In this document: positions 1 to 32,228 of the stretch, piece by piece
Numbering within the stretch: the first letter of the stretch is position 1
Layout of the letters: each line of letters starts with the position of its first letter
Source: Eledone cirrhosa
Taxonomy: Eukaryota
Direction: 5' to 3'
DNA length: 64,000 nucleotides
NCBI GenBank assembly: GCA_964016885.1
Contig: OZ024750.1
Span: 13,392,001 to 13,456,000, forward strand
Translations under genes and position numbers: made by a program
Notes under the pieces: model-generated
The model's input: only the letters and a program-made list of their open reading frames with translations
The model's database searches: none
What the model was told of the DNA's origin: nothing

Positions 1-94
1 AATTATCAACAAAAATGTCTTTCTTGGTAGTAAATTTTAGGAGCTTCTTAAATCCAGAAACGTTCTCACATTGTTAACCTAACTTGTTAACAAA

Positions 95-241
95 TCGATG
101 ATAAAATGAAGGGTCGACTTATATTCGCCATCTACACATAATGGGTTGATTAGCTGCCGCTGCTTATAAACGGGGTTTGGATTTTTGCCCATTTCTCAGG
201 CTTAAAATAAGGGAGTCGACTTATGTTTGTGTATATACGTA
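95..241. mobile_element. End of a pogo/Tigger-like MITE; related pieces at about 18150-18225, 23565-23655, 30973-31050
   Basis: GTCGACTTAT...TATATACG terminus and shared AATCGATGGTAAAATGG block. Confidence 0.55.
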
Positions 242-769
242 ATTTTTTATAATCTCACAAGTTTACTGAAAGCGTGCCTTTCTTTTCTGAATTGTAACTG
301 TTTGTCGAGCTGACCATCCAATATCATCTGATAGGTTTGATTAAAATGATACGCTGACATAAATGTCAATACTTTTCTCCAAATCATCAACATTGCAACA
401 CGTGTTACAATTGTTCAAAACAGACTGCAGTTGCATCAGTGAAAATGTTATCGTCAATACATATTAGAATTTGCAGCAGATCACTGCAGCTTTTACTGAG
501 ATAGAATCTGGTGCAGCATCTGGTGCTATGTGTGAAGAACGTGCTATCTAGGTAGCTTCTTTTAGATATTTTAATTTGTTCAGATATATTTCTTATTTTT
601 GTCAGTCTTCATTAGAAAAAAAAAAACAACCAAAAAATGAAAATTGTCCGTTTAAATCATGAGACAATCTGGATGAGTCATTCACAGATTCAGTGAATCA
701 TGTGGTGTGAATAGCTACTGACGAGTGATAAATTTATTTCTCTGATTATTCTTATGACTTGTCAACAGG

Positions 770-1790
770 AAGGCAGTGGGCTGGTTGAATCGTTAAAGCG
801 TTGGACTGATGCATGGCAGAATATTTTTCCAGCATACATACCATCTGAGTTCAAATCTCGCCGAGGTCAACTTTGCCTTTCAAAATTTGATAGATAAAAT
901 GAGGTACCAGTAAAATACTGAGGTGGTGGGTCGATATAATCGATTTTCTCTTTCCCACAAATTGCTGGTTTTGTGCCAAAATTAGAGTTCATTATTATTT
1001 GTCAGTGGATTGGCGGTGGATTGGCAGTATCGGTAGAGGGTCGGACGCCATGCTTTCCAACATAGTTACGTCCCTTTACGATCTGAGTTCAAATCCCGCC
1101 GAGGTTGACTTTGCCTTTCATCCTTACGGGGTCGATAAAAAAAGCACCAGTAATGCACTGGGTAATTGCTGGCCTTGTGCCTAAAGTAGAAACAATTATT
1201 ATTTGTCAACAAAAGGCGGTAGATCGGCAGTATCGGTAGAGCGTCAAACACCATGCTTTGCAGAATAGAGTTATGGCCCTCAACGTTCTGGGTTCAAATC
1301 CCGCCGAGGTTTACTTTGCCTTTCATCCTTACGGGGTCGATAAAATAAAGCACCAGTAATGTACTGGGGTCGATATAATCGACTTTCTCCTTCCCACAAA
1401 TTGCTGGTTTTGTGCCAAAATTAGAATTCATTATTATTTGGTGGATTGGCAGTATCGGTAGAGGGTCGGGCGCCATGCTTTGAAGCATAGAGTTACGGTC
1501 CTTGCCATTCTGAGTTCAAATCCCGCCGAGGTTAACTTTGCCTTTCATCCTTACGGGGTCGATAAAATAAAGTACCAGTAATGCACTGGGTAATTGCTGG
1601 CCTTGTGCCAAAAGTAGAAACAATTATTATTTGTCAACAAGGGCGATGGGTTGAAAGAATCGTTGGAGCATCGGACAGAATACATAGCATATCGACATTT
1701 ATTTATATTCTGAGTTCAAATCTCACCGAGGTCAACTTTGCCATTTATCCTTCTAGGGGTCACTAAAATAAAATGTCATTCAAATACAGG
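770..1790 (+). mobile_element. Head-to-tail array of about 5 tRNA-derived SINE copies (family A)
   Basis: Copies start near 770, 1003, 1214, 1440 and 1640. Each has an A-box-like TGGCAGTATCGG, a B-box GAGTTCAAATC, a central CTTTGCCTTTCATCCTTACGGGGTCGATAAAATAAAGTACCAG block and a tail TTGTGCCAAAAGTAGAAACAATTAT. Confidence 0.85.
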
Positions 1791-1796
1791 GATTAA

Positions 1797-1997
1797 CCCT
1801 TTAGCATTTACATTACCCTATATTTACAATTATATTTTCACGGTAAAAGCTTTACCTTACATACTTATCTCTCATAATATCAAATCTATGAGATTTTGAT
1901 GTTATTTATTTTGAGTACAATACCTTAACATCAGTATGAGCAGCCAGGTACAGCCAGTTTGAACAGTGTGGATATGGCCGGTTTAAATGCTAAAGGG
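1797..1997. mobile_element. TTAA-flanked piggyBac-like MITE (family P1); other copies about 15411-15620, 21052-21270, 36252-36438, 46196-46389, 57535-57665
   Basis: TTAA|CCCTTTAGCATTT ... AAATGCTAAAGGG|TTAA terminal inverted repeats and a shared internal sequence. Confidence 0.85.
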
Positions 1998-3034
1998 TTA
2001 ATTTAAAGTCAAGTCTAAAAGGTTTAGCGAACATCCTAGAGTACGAAAGACAGAGTTGAATTCTGAAGGATTTGAACTCAACATAAAGATCCGAAATATT
2101 TACAGACATTTTCTTTATAGTTACGTGACTTTATAGGTTAGCATGACACAAGAATTGTCCAATGGCTGAATAATATTATACGTAACTTAATATTGATTTC
2201 TTCTGACTGTACTCAAAGCTTTCTTTTTCTTGTTCTTTTTAATTTCTTTCTCTTTTTCTTTCTTTTTTTTTTTTTGACGGGGAGAGGTAGAAGTATTTTT
2301 TACTGAATCGATCCTACTATTTATTCTATTGATCCCGGAAGATGGAAGACAAAATTAAAGGAGAGAAGCAATATACTTGTATGGTTTACGGTAAAGATTC
2401 TGGTTTAAAAACCTGATGTTTTGGATCAATTCCTCAGCCTTTCCTTAACCGTTTTCTTACCAAACCAACTGAAACCATCTCTGGTTCTACAATATAAAAC
2501 TGTTTGCTTTAAAGTGTTTATATTTCTCTATAAAAAAGAAACTTACTGGTCACAACTCCTGGAAGAAGGAGCAACGTCAATTAAAGGGCTTTGTTGATGA
2601 ACAGACCGCCCCAGTCCGCCACGTTGCGCCCCGTTCCGCCAAGGAATCGAATCCTTGACCGTAGGATCACAAGTCCAACATCCTAACTACAAGGCCATGT
2701 GCCTGATATTATGTAAGAATCTATGTTGTATTCCAAAAAACAGCTTAATAAGGAGAAAGTTGGTTATATTGCTAAATCCATTTAAATTGATTATTTTCAA
2801 AATTATTTTAAAATCCCGGGCATATCGTCTTTCATTCAAAATATGATAACGAAAGGGTTAATCGAATATTTTTTGTATAGGCTGGGAGACAATTACTGTT
2901 CTTGGAATTAATGTAGTTGACCACAGTATATTACTGGTACTATCATTCCAAAAAGAATGAAAGACCCCCAATATGGGATTCAAATTCCTAAAAGGATAAC
3001 TCTTAAAGACTACATCTATCTCTTAAAATATTAA

Positions 3035-3185
3035 CATTATCTAATGTAATATTAGTATTAACTAATATAATAATAGTATTATCTTATGTAATAATAGTAT
3101 TATCTAATGTAATATTAGTATAATCTAAAGTTAAATTAGTATTATCTAATGTAATAATAGTATTATCTAATGTAATATTAATATT
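3035..3185. repeat. AT-rich 18-20 bp tandem repeat
   Basis: TAGTATTATCTAATGTAATA reiterated. Confidence 0.75.
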
Positions 3186-3309
3186 ATTGTTTTGACTTCA
3201 AATTCCACAAATGTCAACTCTACAACGCTTTCAATTATATTTACAAATTTACAGTAAACCGGTGAGTAGCGATCAATGTCAGAATCGATAGAAGGCTGCG
3301 GTATTTAGT

Positions 3310-3348
3310 TGTGTGTGTGTGTGTGTGTTTCAAATATTGGACTACAGC

Positions 3349-3405
<57 letters not shown>

Positions 3406-3475
3406 ATAGACACACACACACACGCGCGCGCCAATATAGCAATTTTGTTGACGCAACGAATGGATAGATGGTTAG

Positions 3476-3520
<45 letters not shown>

Positions 3521-3720
3521 TAGTTTTTAAAAAAACCCGCGTGGTCAAGGTTTAACAATATAAATTCAAAATAGGGGACGCACAGGACAAAGACAATGGG
3601 AAAAAAACATTGGAAAAACAGAGAGTCCCATCTCCTCAGTCAACCTCTGGTAATAGCTACGGTTTCGGTTATTTAAGGTTATATGCGTTCGTTCCTGTAC
3701 CCATTTGAACACAACAAAAC

Positions 3721-3797
<77 letters not shown>

Positions 3798-3853
3798 TGC
3801 GTATCTTTCAGTATAGTTTACTAATTAAGTGATACTAAAAGATACGTTCCCCC

Positions 3854-3907
<54 letters not shown>

Positions 3908-4087
3908 CACGCACACACACACACACATACGTACACATACGTACACACCAGAAATACTGGTGCAAAAGAAAGACGAAAATATGAGAGGGGAAAGGGGGAG
4001 TATGTATATACGCGTGTGTGTTGCGTGTGTGAATACTATTGTTTCTGTGCATGTATGTGTGTGAGTATACGTGTGCTTGTGTGCGTT

Positions 4088-4122
<35 letters not shown>

Positions 4123-4178
4123 GGGGGAGAGAGATAGACGGGGATGTGCTGGGGTGAATGTGCTGGTTTGTGTGCGTT

Positions 4179-4260
<82 letters not shown>
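3310..4260. repeat. Microsatellite cluster: (TG)n, (CA)n, (GATA)n 3721-3796, (TA)n 3858-3906, (GA)n 4190-4260
   Basis: Directly visible simple repeats. Confidence 0.97.
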
Positions 4261-4266
<6 letters not shown>

Positions 4267-4888
4267 TGCTGGGGTGAGTGTATATCTGTGAATGTGTTTA
4301 TGTGTGTTCTTGCAAATGTACAAGTATTTTACTAAAGCGTTTAACTGTGTCGATTTCTTCATTTTAAACCAGAAAAATAATTTCCAAAGCAGTTGTGCTT
4401 CTTGGTAAGGTCTTCTTCCGATGGCAGATATATTCTGGTGCTGGGATGCTTATAGATTAGAAAGCTCCTTACCTAAATTACATTACCATTCTCCTGTCTG
4501 GCAACTTCTTATCTGTTTCTTTAGTTTAAAACACTGATACCTTATTATGGCACGAAAATGATCTTACATCATGAAAAGGTCGAGTACATAGACAGGCATT
4601 ATTAAATGAAAAGAGAAGAGGAGAGAAGATAGATAAATACAAAAGCTTAATAAAACAGCATCCCAGCTGTGTCAGCACCATGCTGTAAGTAGAGAGAGAG
4701 AGCAAGCAATATCGAGTATGGAACAAGAAGAGAAGGAACATTGATAAGTCCTAGTGTATTTAACAGATGTTTGAAAATCTGTGAAGTTCAAGTAACCTCA
4801 TCCACTCCTCAACTCCCAAAAAACACATTATTGGCTTGCTATTTCGGATTGCACTGCCAACCAATAGTTAATGAAGTGTCAAAATGAC

Positions 4889-4961
<73 letters not shown>

Positions 4962-5069
4962 AGGGTGGTGGTAGTAGTAGTAATAGTAAGGGTGGTGGTA
5001 GTAGTAGTAATAGTAGTAGTAGTAGTAGTAGTAAGAGGTGGTGGTGGTAGCAGTAGTAGTAGTAGTAGT
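4889..5069. repeat. (GTA)n microsatellite with GTG interruptions
   Basis: Directly visible. Confidence 0.97.
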
Positions 5070-5124
5070 TAGGGCGGTGGATTAGTAGTAATCGGTAGGG
5101 TGTCGGGTGAAACGTATTGCAGTA

Positions 5125-6994
5125 TTTCTACCTTTGGCACAAGGCCAGCAAGTTGAAGGGAAACGGAAAGTTAATTTAAATAGACGGGTACTTTATTTAT
5201 CGACCCCATAAAGATGAAAGGCAAAGTATGTTGTCCGACGCTCTACCGATACTGCCAGTCAACCACCCTGAAAATATCTAATTTACTGTCTGTCTGTCAA
5301 GTGAGTAAGAAATGTGAGAGAATAGTAACTAGAAGACTGTATTCGTGAAGAGAATCCATAGTATTAGTAGAACGGTTCTTCTGTCGTCTGTGTTAGCCAC
5401 TATCTCTGATTTGTCTGTCGAACGCTTGTATTTATAAGAATACTATAGCTAGAAGAACGCGTATATGGTTTTTGAAACAATAGCCAAACCATCTGCCTAT
5501 CGTCTGGGGTCACAGGTCAAGTGTTGTATAACATTTATCATAATTATCTTTTGACAGGACAATGGTAAGAATACCTAACAATAGGTGATTTTAGAGGCGA
5601 GAATTTTTAGATTCGATTTAGAATCTCCGCCAGGCAAAACAGAATAATTTAGTTACAGATGTAATAATTGTTTCTACTTTTGGCACAAGGCCAGCAATTA
5701 CCAGTCCATTACTGGTACTTTATTTTATCGACCCCGTAAGGATGAAAGGCAAAGTTAACCTCGGCGGGATTTGAACTCAGAATGGCAAGGGCCGTAACTC
5801 TATGCGTCAAAGCATGACGCCCGATCCTCTGCCGATACTGCCAATCCACCGGATGTAATAATTGTGTCTACTTTTGGCACAAGGCCAGCAATTAACAGTA
5901 CATTACTGGTACTTTATTTTATCGACCGGATGTAATAATGGTTTCTGATACAGGCACAAGGTCAACCTACTTTAGTTACAAGACCAGTAATTTTGGCGGG
6001 GAGGGGAAAAGTCGATTAAATCGACCCCAGTACTTGACAGGTACTTTATTTTAGCTACCTCTGAAGGATGAAAAACCAAGTGCGATCGCGGCGAGATTTG
6101 AACTCAGAAGGTAAAGGACGAGAACAAATGTCCGACGCTTTACCAATTCCACTAATCTTCCAATAAATGTAATAACGGTTTGTAATTTAGGTACAAAACC
6201 AGAAATTAGGGAGAGTCGATTATATCGACCCCCAGTACCCGACTGGTACTATATTTTATCGAAGGAGGAAAGGCAAAGTCGTCTTCCGTGGGATTTGAAC
6301 TCAGAACGTGAAGAACCAGAACAAATACCAACATTCTACCAATTTTACCAATTCATCACTCTCTCGAATAGTTGTAATAACATGTGACTAAATCGCGGTG
6401 TATTCTATGGAAAGTATGCTAAAGAAAAGAAAAATGCAACCGCGAGTTGTTGTAACTAACGTTGCTATTTTAAAAATAATGTTTTTAAAGGATGTAAACC
6501 AACACTCTCGAATGGAACACATAATTTGAGCAGGTAAAGAAATAGAATATTTCTTATGTTGTGCTTGTATATTTAAGAAGTGTCTAGCACACATCCACCA
6601 TCAACAAGGACCCTACAATAGATATCTAATAACCGGGTATCCTTTAATAATAGCTGAACGGAAATGCTATTTATTTCAAAGGAAAATGCATGTGTTCCCA
6701 TTTGATGCAGACAGTTCTCATCCTGAAAAATCTCGTACACGTAATTTCAGTAGAATTTTCTTGGAACTGAATAACATTATAATAAATAAATTCATAACAC
6801 GCCTCATAATTGTTTCTACTTTTGGAACAAGGCCAGCAATTACTCAGTGCATTACTGGTACTTTATTTCATCGACCCCATGAGGATGAAAGGCAAAGTTA
6901 ACCTTGGAGGGATTTGAACTCAGAATGGCAAGGGACGTAACTCTATGCGTCAAAGCATGGCGTCCGACCCTCTACCGATAACACGCCTCATAAT
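5125..6994 (-). mobile_element. Cluster of family A SINE copies on the minus strand
   Basis: Copies near 5125-5270, 5665-5850, 5858-5928, 5935-6170, 6176-6360 and 6811-6977. The last is flanked by the 17-bp direct repeat ATAACACGCCTCATAAT (6794-6810, 6978-6994). Confidence 0.85.
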
Positions 6995-7479
6995 ATATTG
7001 TTTATAGTAGTGTTTGTATATCCAGTTCCGGAGAAGTAGCAGACGCGTTAGAGCGCCAGTTAGAGTCTTGTAGTATTCTTTATAGCTCTCTGAGTTCCAA
7101 TCATACTTAGGTCAACTTTGCCTTTCACCCCTTCAGATAAAATGTAACAATCCAATACTGGAGGGACAATTCATTAACGAATATTTCATTAGCATGCTAA
7201 ACTGGATTCAAGTCCTCTGGAATCTGGTAATAGGAAACGGGAAACTAAAGCCTCTAAGTACTAAAGTTGAAAAATACACAACTGAATTATCGAGTCAGGT
7301 AAATGGAGGCAGTCGAGTGTGTCTGAGAGGTATCAACTAACTCCGATGAGTGTAGGTAACCAGAAACAAACCAAATTCCAAGTGCTTACTAATGTGTCCG
7401 AACACGGAAAAGCCTAGTTCCCACTGTCATCGCCTCCACCTCTCTCGCCTTCCCCATATCTTTGTATTATGAGCAAATG

Positions 7480-7600
7480 AGGTGCCTCGTGCTGGCCTCC
7501 CCACAGCCCCGGCGGACAAAATGGAGAAGGCGTTTCCCCGGAGGATGTTAAGGGAGATGCGCTGGAAAAGTTATTCCGTCTCTGTACATACAGTTGTGGT
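7480..7600 (-). mobile_element. CRE-clade (RLE) non-LTR retrotransposon C-terminal relic
   Basis: Minus strand LFQRISLNILRGNAFSILSAG. Confidence 0.6.
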
Positions 7601-7738
7601 AATAATGGAGCAGTACTCCGCGGAGAAAGAGTTCACCTTCGCTGCTCAAATTGCCACCAACACCACATTGGTAAATCTTCTCCAAATATATCCCCCTTCC
7701 ATCCCACTAGACATATAGATAGATAGGATAATATAGAC

Positions 7739-8502
7739 TAGGGGCGTGGAACAGGCGGCCCGCGGCCCACAATCCGGCCTGCCGGACTAATCAGAGTGGC
7801 CCGCGCTGGCCGTTTTTAATTTTTACCTTGTAGGCTTATTAGAATTTTTTTCGTAATACAATTTTCTGTTAGTTGACCTATACTAAAGGGCTTCACTGAT
7901 AGGGTTATGCGTGTTATAATTTCCTAGTTCCATGTTACGAGAAGAAGTTGTGGTGAATCTTTGGAATAGTGCTTAATAAATATTAATGGCTCTAATAGTT
8001 GTTCCAATGTTCAAAAGTGGCCCGCCAATGGAATATGCTGTACACCCCTGATATAAAGGCACAAAAATATAAACAAACAAACGTAGAACCTAATTCTGCA
8101 CATACGTTTTTTTTTTGTTTTTTTTTATTCTCAGAAACCGACTTTCTTTCCGAAATATTGTACTAATTTTTATAATTACTCTAAATTAGATATTTTTCTA
8201 ATTAGTAACGTTTCTCAATATTTATCTGTCTGGATCTAAAAAAAACAAATCTGTAAATGCCGCCTAACTTATCTTCTTGAAATAATTGTTTCTACTTTTG
8301 GCACAAGGCCAGCAATTACCCAGTGCATTACTGGTACTTTATTTTATCGACCCCGTAAGGATGAAAGGCAAAGTTAGCCTCAGCGGGATTTGAACTCAGA
8401 ATGACCAGGGCCATAACTATGCGTCAATGTGTCCCTATGCTACCTAGGTTCAACACCAATGTTCAAAAGTGGCCCGCCAATGGAATATGTTGCACAGCCC
8501 TT
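7739..8502. mobile_element. hAT-like non-autonomous element with duplicated right end
   Basis: Left end TAGGGGCGTG...GCGGCCCGCGG. Right ends at 8004-8050 (...TACACCCCTG) and 8457-8502. The 8-bp ATATAGAC occurs at 7731-7738 and 8503-8510. Confidence 0.65.
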
Positions 8503-9741
8503 ATATAGACCGTAATACAACATGGATTCTATAGTTGGTAGACCTGAAGATCTAAAGGATGGGGTTTCTTGACTGCAATAAACAAGCTAATCAGGTAGAC
8601 TTTACGCTTCTCTAGTAAATACAATGTACTATGTTTGTATCATGACCTACAGGCATATTTCAACAATGAAATATTCGACTCAGTATATGTGTATGTGTGT
8701 GCGCGTGTGTGTAGTGTGTGTGTGTGTGTTCGTGCGTGCGTATGGATTGTATTGTACAATGAAAGAAAAGAAACCTTTATTAATACATGCCAGATGATAG
8801 TTCTGCTATGAATGTGAAGCAGATTCGGTTTTTTTCGTTTTTTTTTTTGTTGTTGTTTTTTTTTTTTGGGGGGGGGGGGGCAGGTTTTGTATTTTTGTTC
8901 ATAATTACTACCGTATTTGGAGTACATTTTGCTTGAAACAATATCTGTATGTAGACATGTGTGTGAGTGTTTGTTTGTGTGTTGTTGTTGTTGATGTTGA
9001 TGATGGTGGCAAAGAAAAGCAGAAAAGGAGAAAATAGAAGAAAGAAAAAATTAAAATATCATCATCATCATCATCAAACGTTTTCCCAAATACGCAGGAT
9101 TTTTATAAACCAAAATCCCAAACAACAAAGAACTATTTCGTGTGAATGTGGTGAGAGAACAAACCCTGACCAATCAGTTTTATTTAGAATGAGAAACATT
9201 CTCAAACCAATTAGTTTTAGTAATGGGAGAATTACTTCAACCGGTTAACATTCCCTTCTGACAAGACACCAATTAGATTAAAATATTACACATGTTTAGT
9301 CTGAACGAATGTTGTAAGCTTTTTAAACAGAAGTTTTAAGCATTTTAAAGTTATTAATTAAAGCTAGTCACTTATTCGGTTGTGAATATTAATGCTTAAA
9401 TCTTAGTTAATACTGGCTAAATAGCCACATAATCTCACCATTGAACCATGAAGATTATATTAATCTTCCTCTTAAATCAATGAACAGGATTTAAGCTTAC
9501 ACCATTTTTTTGTTCTTTGTTCATTCTATTTCTATTTCAGATAAATGTTGTACTGTAATGAATTTCCATTTAAATATATTTTTTCAATTCTCAATATTAG
9601 GATCATGATGAAACCGCCACAGAGTTAGCAGCAAGGTCAAGGCTGGTCCCGAATCCCATTTGAAACTATTTCGTTAATGACATCAAGAAAAGAATGAATT
9701 TTGCCGTAAATTTATTATCATGTAATCTTATAATCTTATAA

Positions 9742-10088
9742 TAATTGTTTCTACTTTTGGCACAAGGCCAGCAATTATCCCAGTGCATTACTGGTACTTT
9801 ATTTTATCAATCCCGTAAGGATGAAAGGTAAAGTTAACTTTGGCAGGATTTGAACTGAAACCGTAAAGAGCCTTTACAATAAAAATACAATAGTATATAT
9901 AGAGTAATGTAAATGCTAAGGGGTTAAATTGACCCCAGTGTGTAAATGGTGCTTTATTTTATCAATCCCGTAAGGATGAAAAGCAAAGTTAACCTCGCCA
10001 GCATTTGAACTCAAACCGTAAAGGGCTGTAACTCTTTGCTGAAAAGCAGGGTGTCCGACCCTCTACCGATACTGCCAATCCACCGCTC
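9742..10088 (-). mobile_element. Family A SINE with internal duplication
   Basis: Same boxes as family A, flanked by ATG(T/C)AATCTTATAAT direct repeats. Confidence 0.75.
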
Positions 10089-10719
10089 TTATGCAATCTT
10101 ATAATAATTCTATTCATTTCAGCTTAAGTATTTACTGAATATTTGAATGTCAGAACAATTGGCCTTGTGTCTAGTTAAAAAGAAAATCAATATATTTTAC
10201 TTATTTTCCCAATATATGGTTTGATTTCCCATTGCAAAATCTTCATTTACATCACTACTGCTTTAGGGAATTATATAATCAGCAAAGGAGCCTCAAAGTG
10301 GTCACTTGGCCTTCTAAATTTTCCTAAAATCGTATCCCGTTTTATTTAAAGATAGGATAGCTAATGTAGACCTTCATACACCTAAGGCAGGATTTTCACA
10401 ACTTAAATACTTCTGATTAAAGGTCATAATAGCTAAGGTATGAAAAGTCGGTTGTTTCAATAAATCTGTGACCTTCAGTTGTAAAAGCAGTAACTACTGT
10501 TTAGTTGTAGTTCAACACTAATCGAGATCTACACTCAACGTTGGTCAAGCTATGACCACCACGTTGTTTTATCAGGTATAGTTTATCTAGGACTACATTG
10601 TCCAACGTGCTCTTCCTTTCCTACGTCAATAAGATGATTTCTAGCAGGTCGAGCAACTGCCTAAAAGTAAATTCAGTAATTGGAACTAAAGGCGTGCTTA
10701 TGTGAGTACATAATAGAAT

Positions 10720-11060
10720 GGAATGGATTTCCGTCGACTTCAACAATGATCGTTCCAGTTTTCTATCAACAGAACAGCCTGCTCATGAAATTAGTGTGCA
10801 AGTGGCTGAGCAGCCCAAATACACATGTAATCTTAACATAATACTTGGAGATTCAGTGTTGCACAATGTCTGACAAATCTGACCCTTTGAATTACAAGTA
10901 CAGCCCATACGACAAGCTTCCAAACAGCTTCTGTCTACCCAATTTCATTGGCAAGGTTTAGATCATCATCCCAGGGCTATGATGACACTTGACTCAGACG
11001 CTATGTAGTTGGATCAAACCTGGGACCTTAAAGATTGTGAAGTTCGACTGTGTTATGTCC
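10720..11060 (-). mobile_element. Second SINE-like family (family B); related pieces near 2545-2700, 12600-12730, 14045-14270, 33070-33240, 38785-39040, 45335-45635
   Basis: Recurrent blocks GTGCAAGTGGCTGAGCA and GGAGCAATGTGAAATAAAGTGT(C/T)TTGCTCAAG, ending in a reverse tRNA-like head. Boundaries are approximate. Confidence 0.55.
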
Positions 11061-12036
11061 AAGGCTGTAGAATATTAGCAATAGAAGAGGGGGGGGGGGG
11101 ACAGAAAACCGTGTTTTGCAAGGAACCAAGATAAAAAGATACTCTTGTAATACTAACGTGGGTGGTACCATTACATAATAATCAAATACCTATCTGACTC
11201 TAACAATCCAATCACCCCACCCTCCCAGCAATGGTACTTTATCCTATCTGATTCGTTAACAATCCAATCAATCCACCCTCCCAGCAATGGTACTTTATTT
11301 ATCAACACCAAAAGGATGAAAGGCAAAGTTGACCACAGCAGGACTGGAGTATAGAGTCAGAATAAATTACAAAGCTATGTAACACAACACTCTAACAACT
11401 CTGCCAACTTGCCACCTTTCAAATGATTCATTAAACAGTTCCAATATGAAGAGATTCCATTAAACTCACAGAATCACTTGATGCAACTCTCAAGGTGAGA
11501 TACAAACAACTAGAAATGAAATACAACAAATCAATATTTCAAAACATGAAGATTATCTCATAAAATTGAAAATATTTCCAATTAGTAAGTTATTAAAGAA
11601 TTATTTATTTTATTCTAATTAATTAGTTGTAAAAGATAACATTTACAAACATCTCACATTATGCTGTTAATGTTTCATTTTCATATTTTAAATACTTTTT
11701 TATAATTCTGGTTGTTGATTTTTGAAATTAAAAGGTACATTTTATTTTTTTAAATAACATTAAAAAGTGTCAAGTACAAAAATGTGAGAGTTAATTTTAA
11801 AACAACTTGGCAGAAGCCAATATATTTATTGTTTAAGCAGTAGTTTGGTGTATGAAAATAATTTTGAATAACTGCCATGGATTTTGTGTCCCAAAACCCA
11901 AAAACTTATACAGTGAGAATTAAACATTTTTATGTTTAGAGTGTTTCTTATTGAAAAGTTCTTTATGATCATGATTTGTCATATCATTAAAAAACATGAG
12001 ACATATTTCCAGGATCCAAGACCAAAAAAAGGCAGC

Positions 12037-32228
<20,192 letters not shown>

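Noticed and set aside
300-560. Moderately GC-rich stretch that might be a coding exon
   Set aside because: The frames examined contain stops and gave no recognisable protein motif.
1003-1110. tRNA gene suggested by A and B boxes
   Set aside because: No cloverleaf is evident. It is the tRNA-derived head of a multi-copy SINE.
3241-5072. ORFs rich in CV, HT, ER, LS or poly-V
   Set aside because: They are microsatellite translations.
5547-5572. Possible 7-nt microexon TTTTGACAG|GACAATG|GTAAGA
   Set aside because: No host gene or partner exons were found on the plus strand, and such motifs arise by chance.
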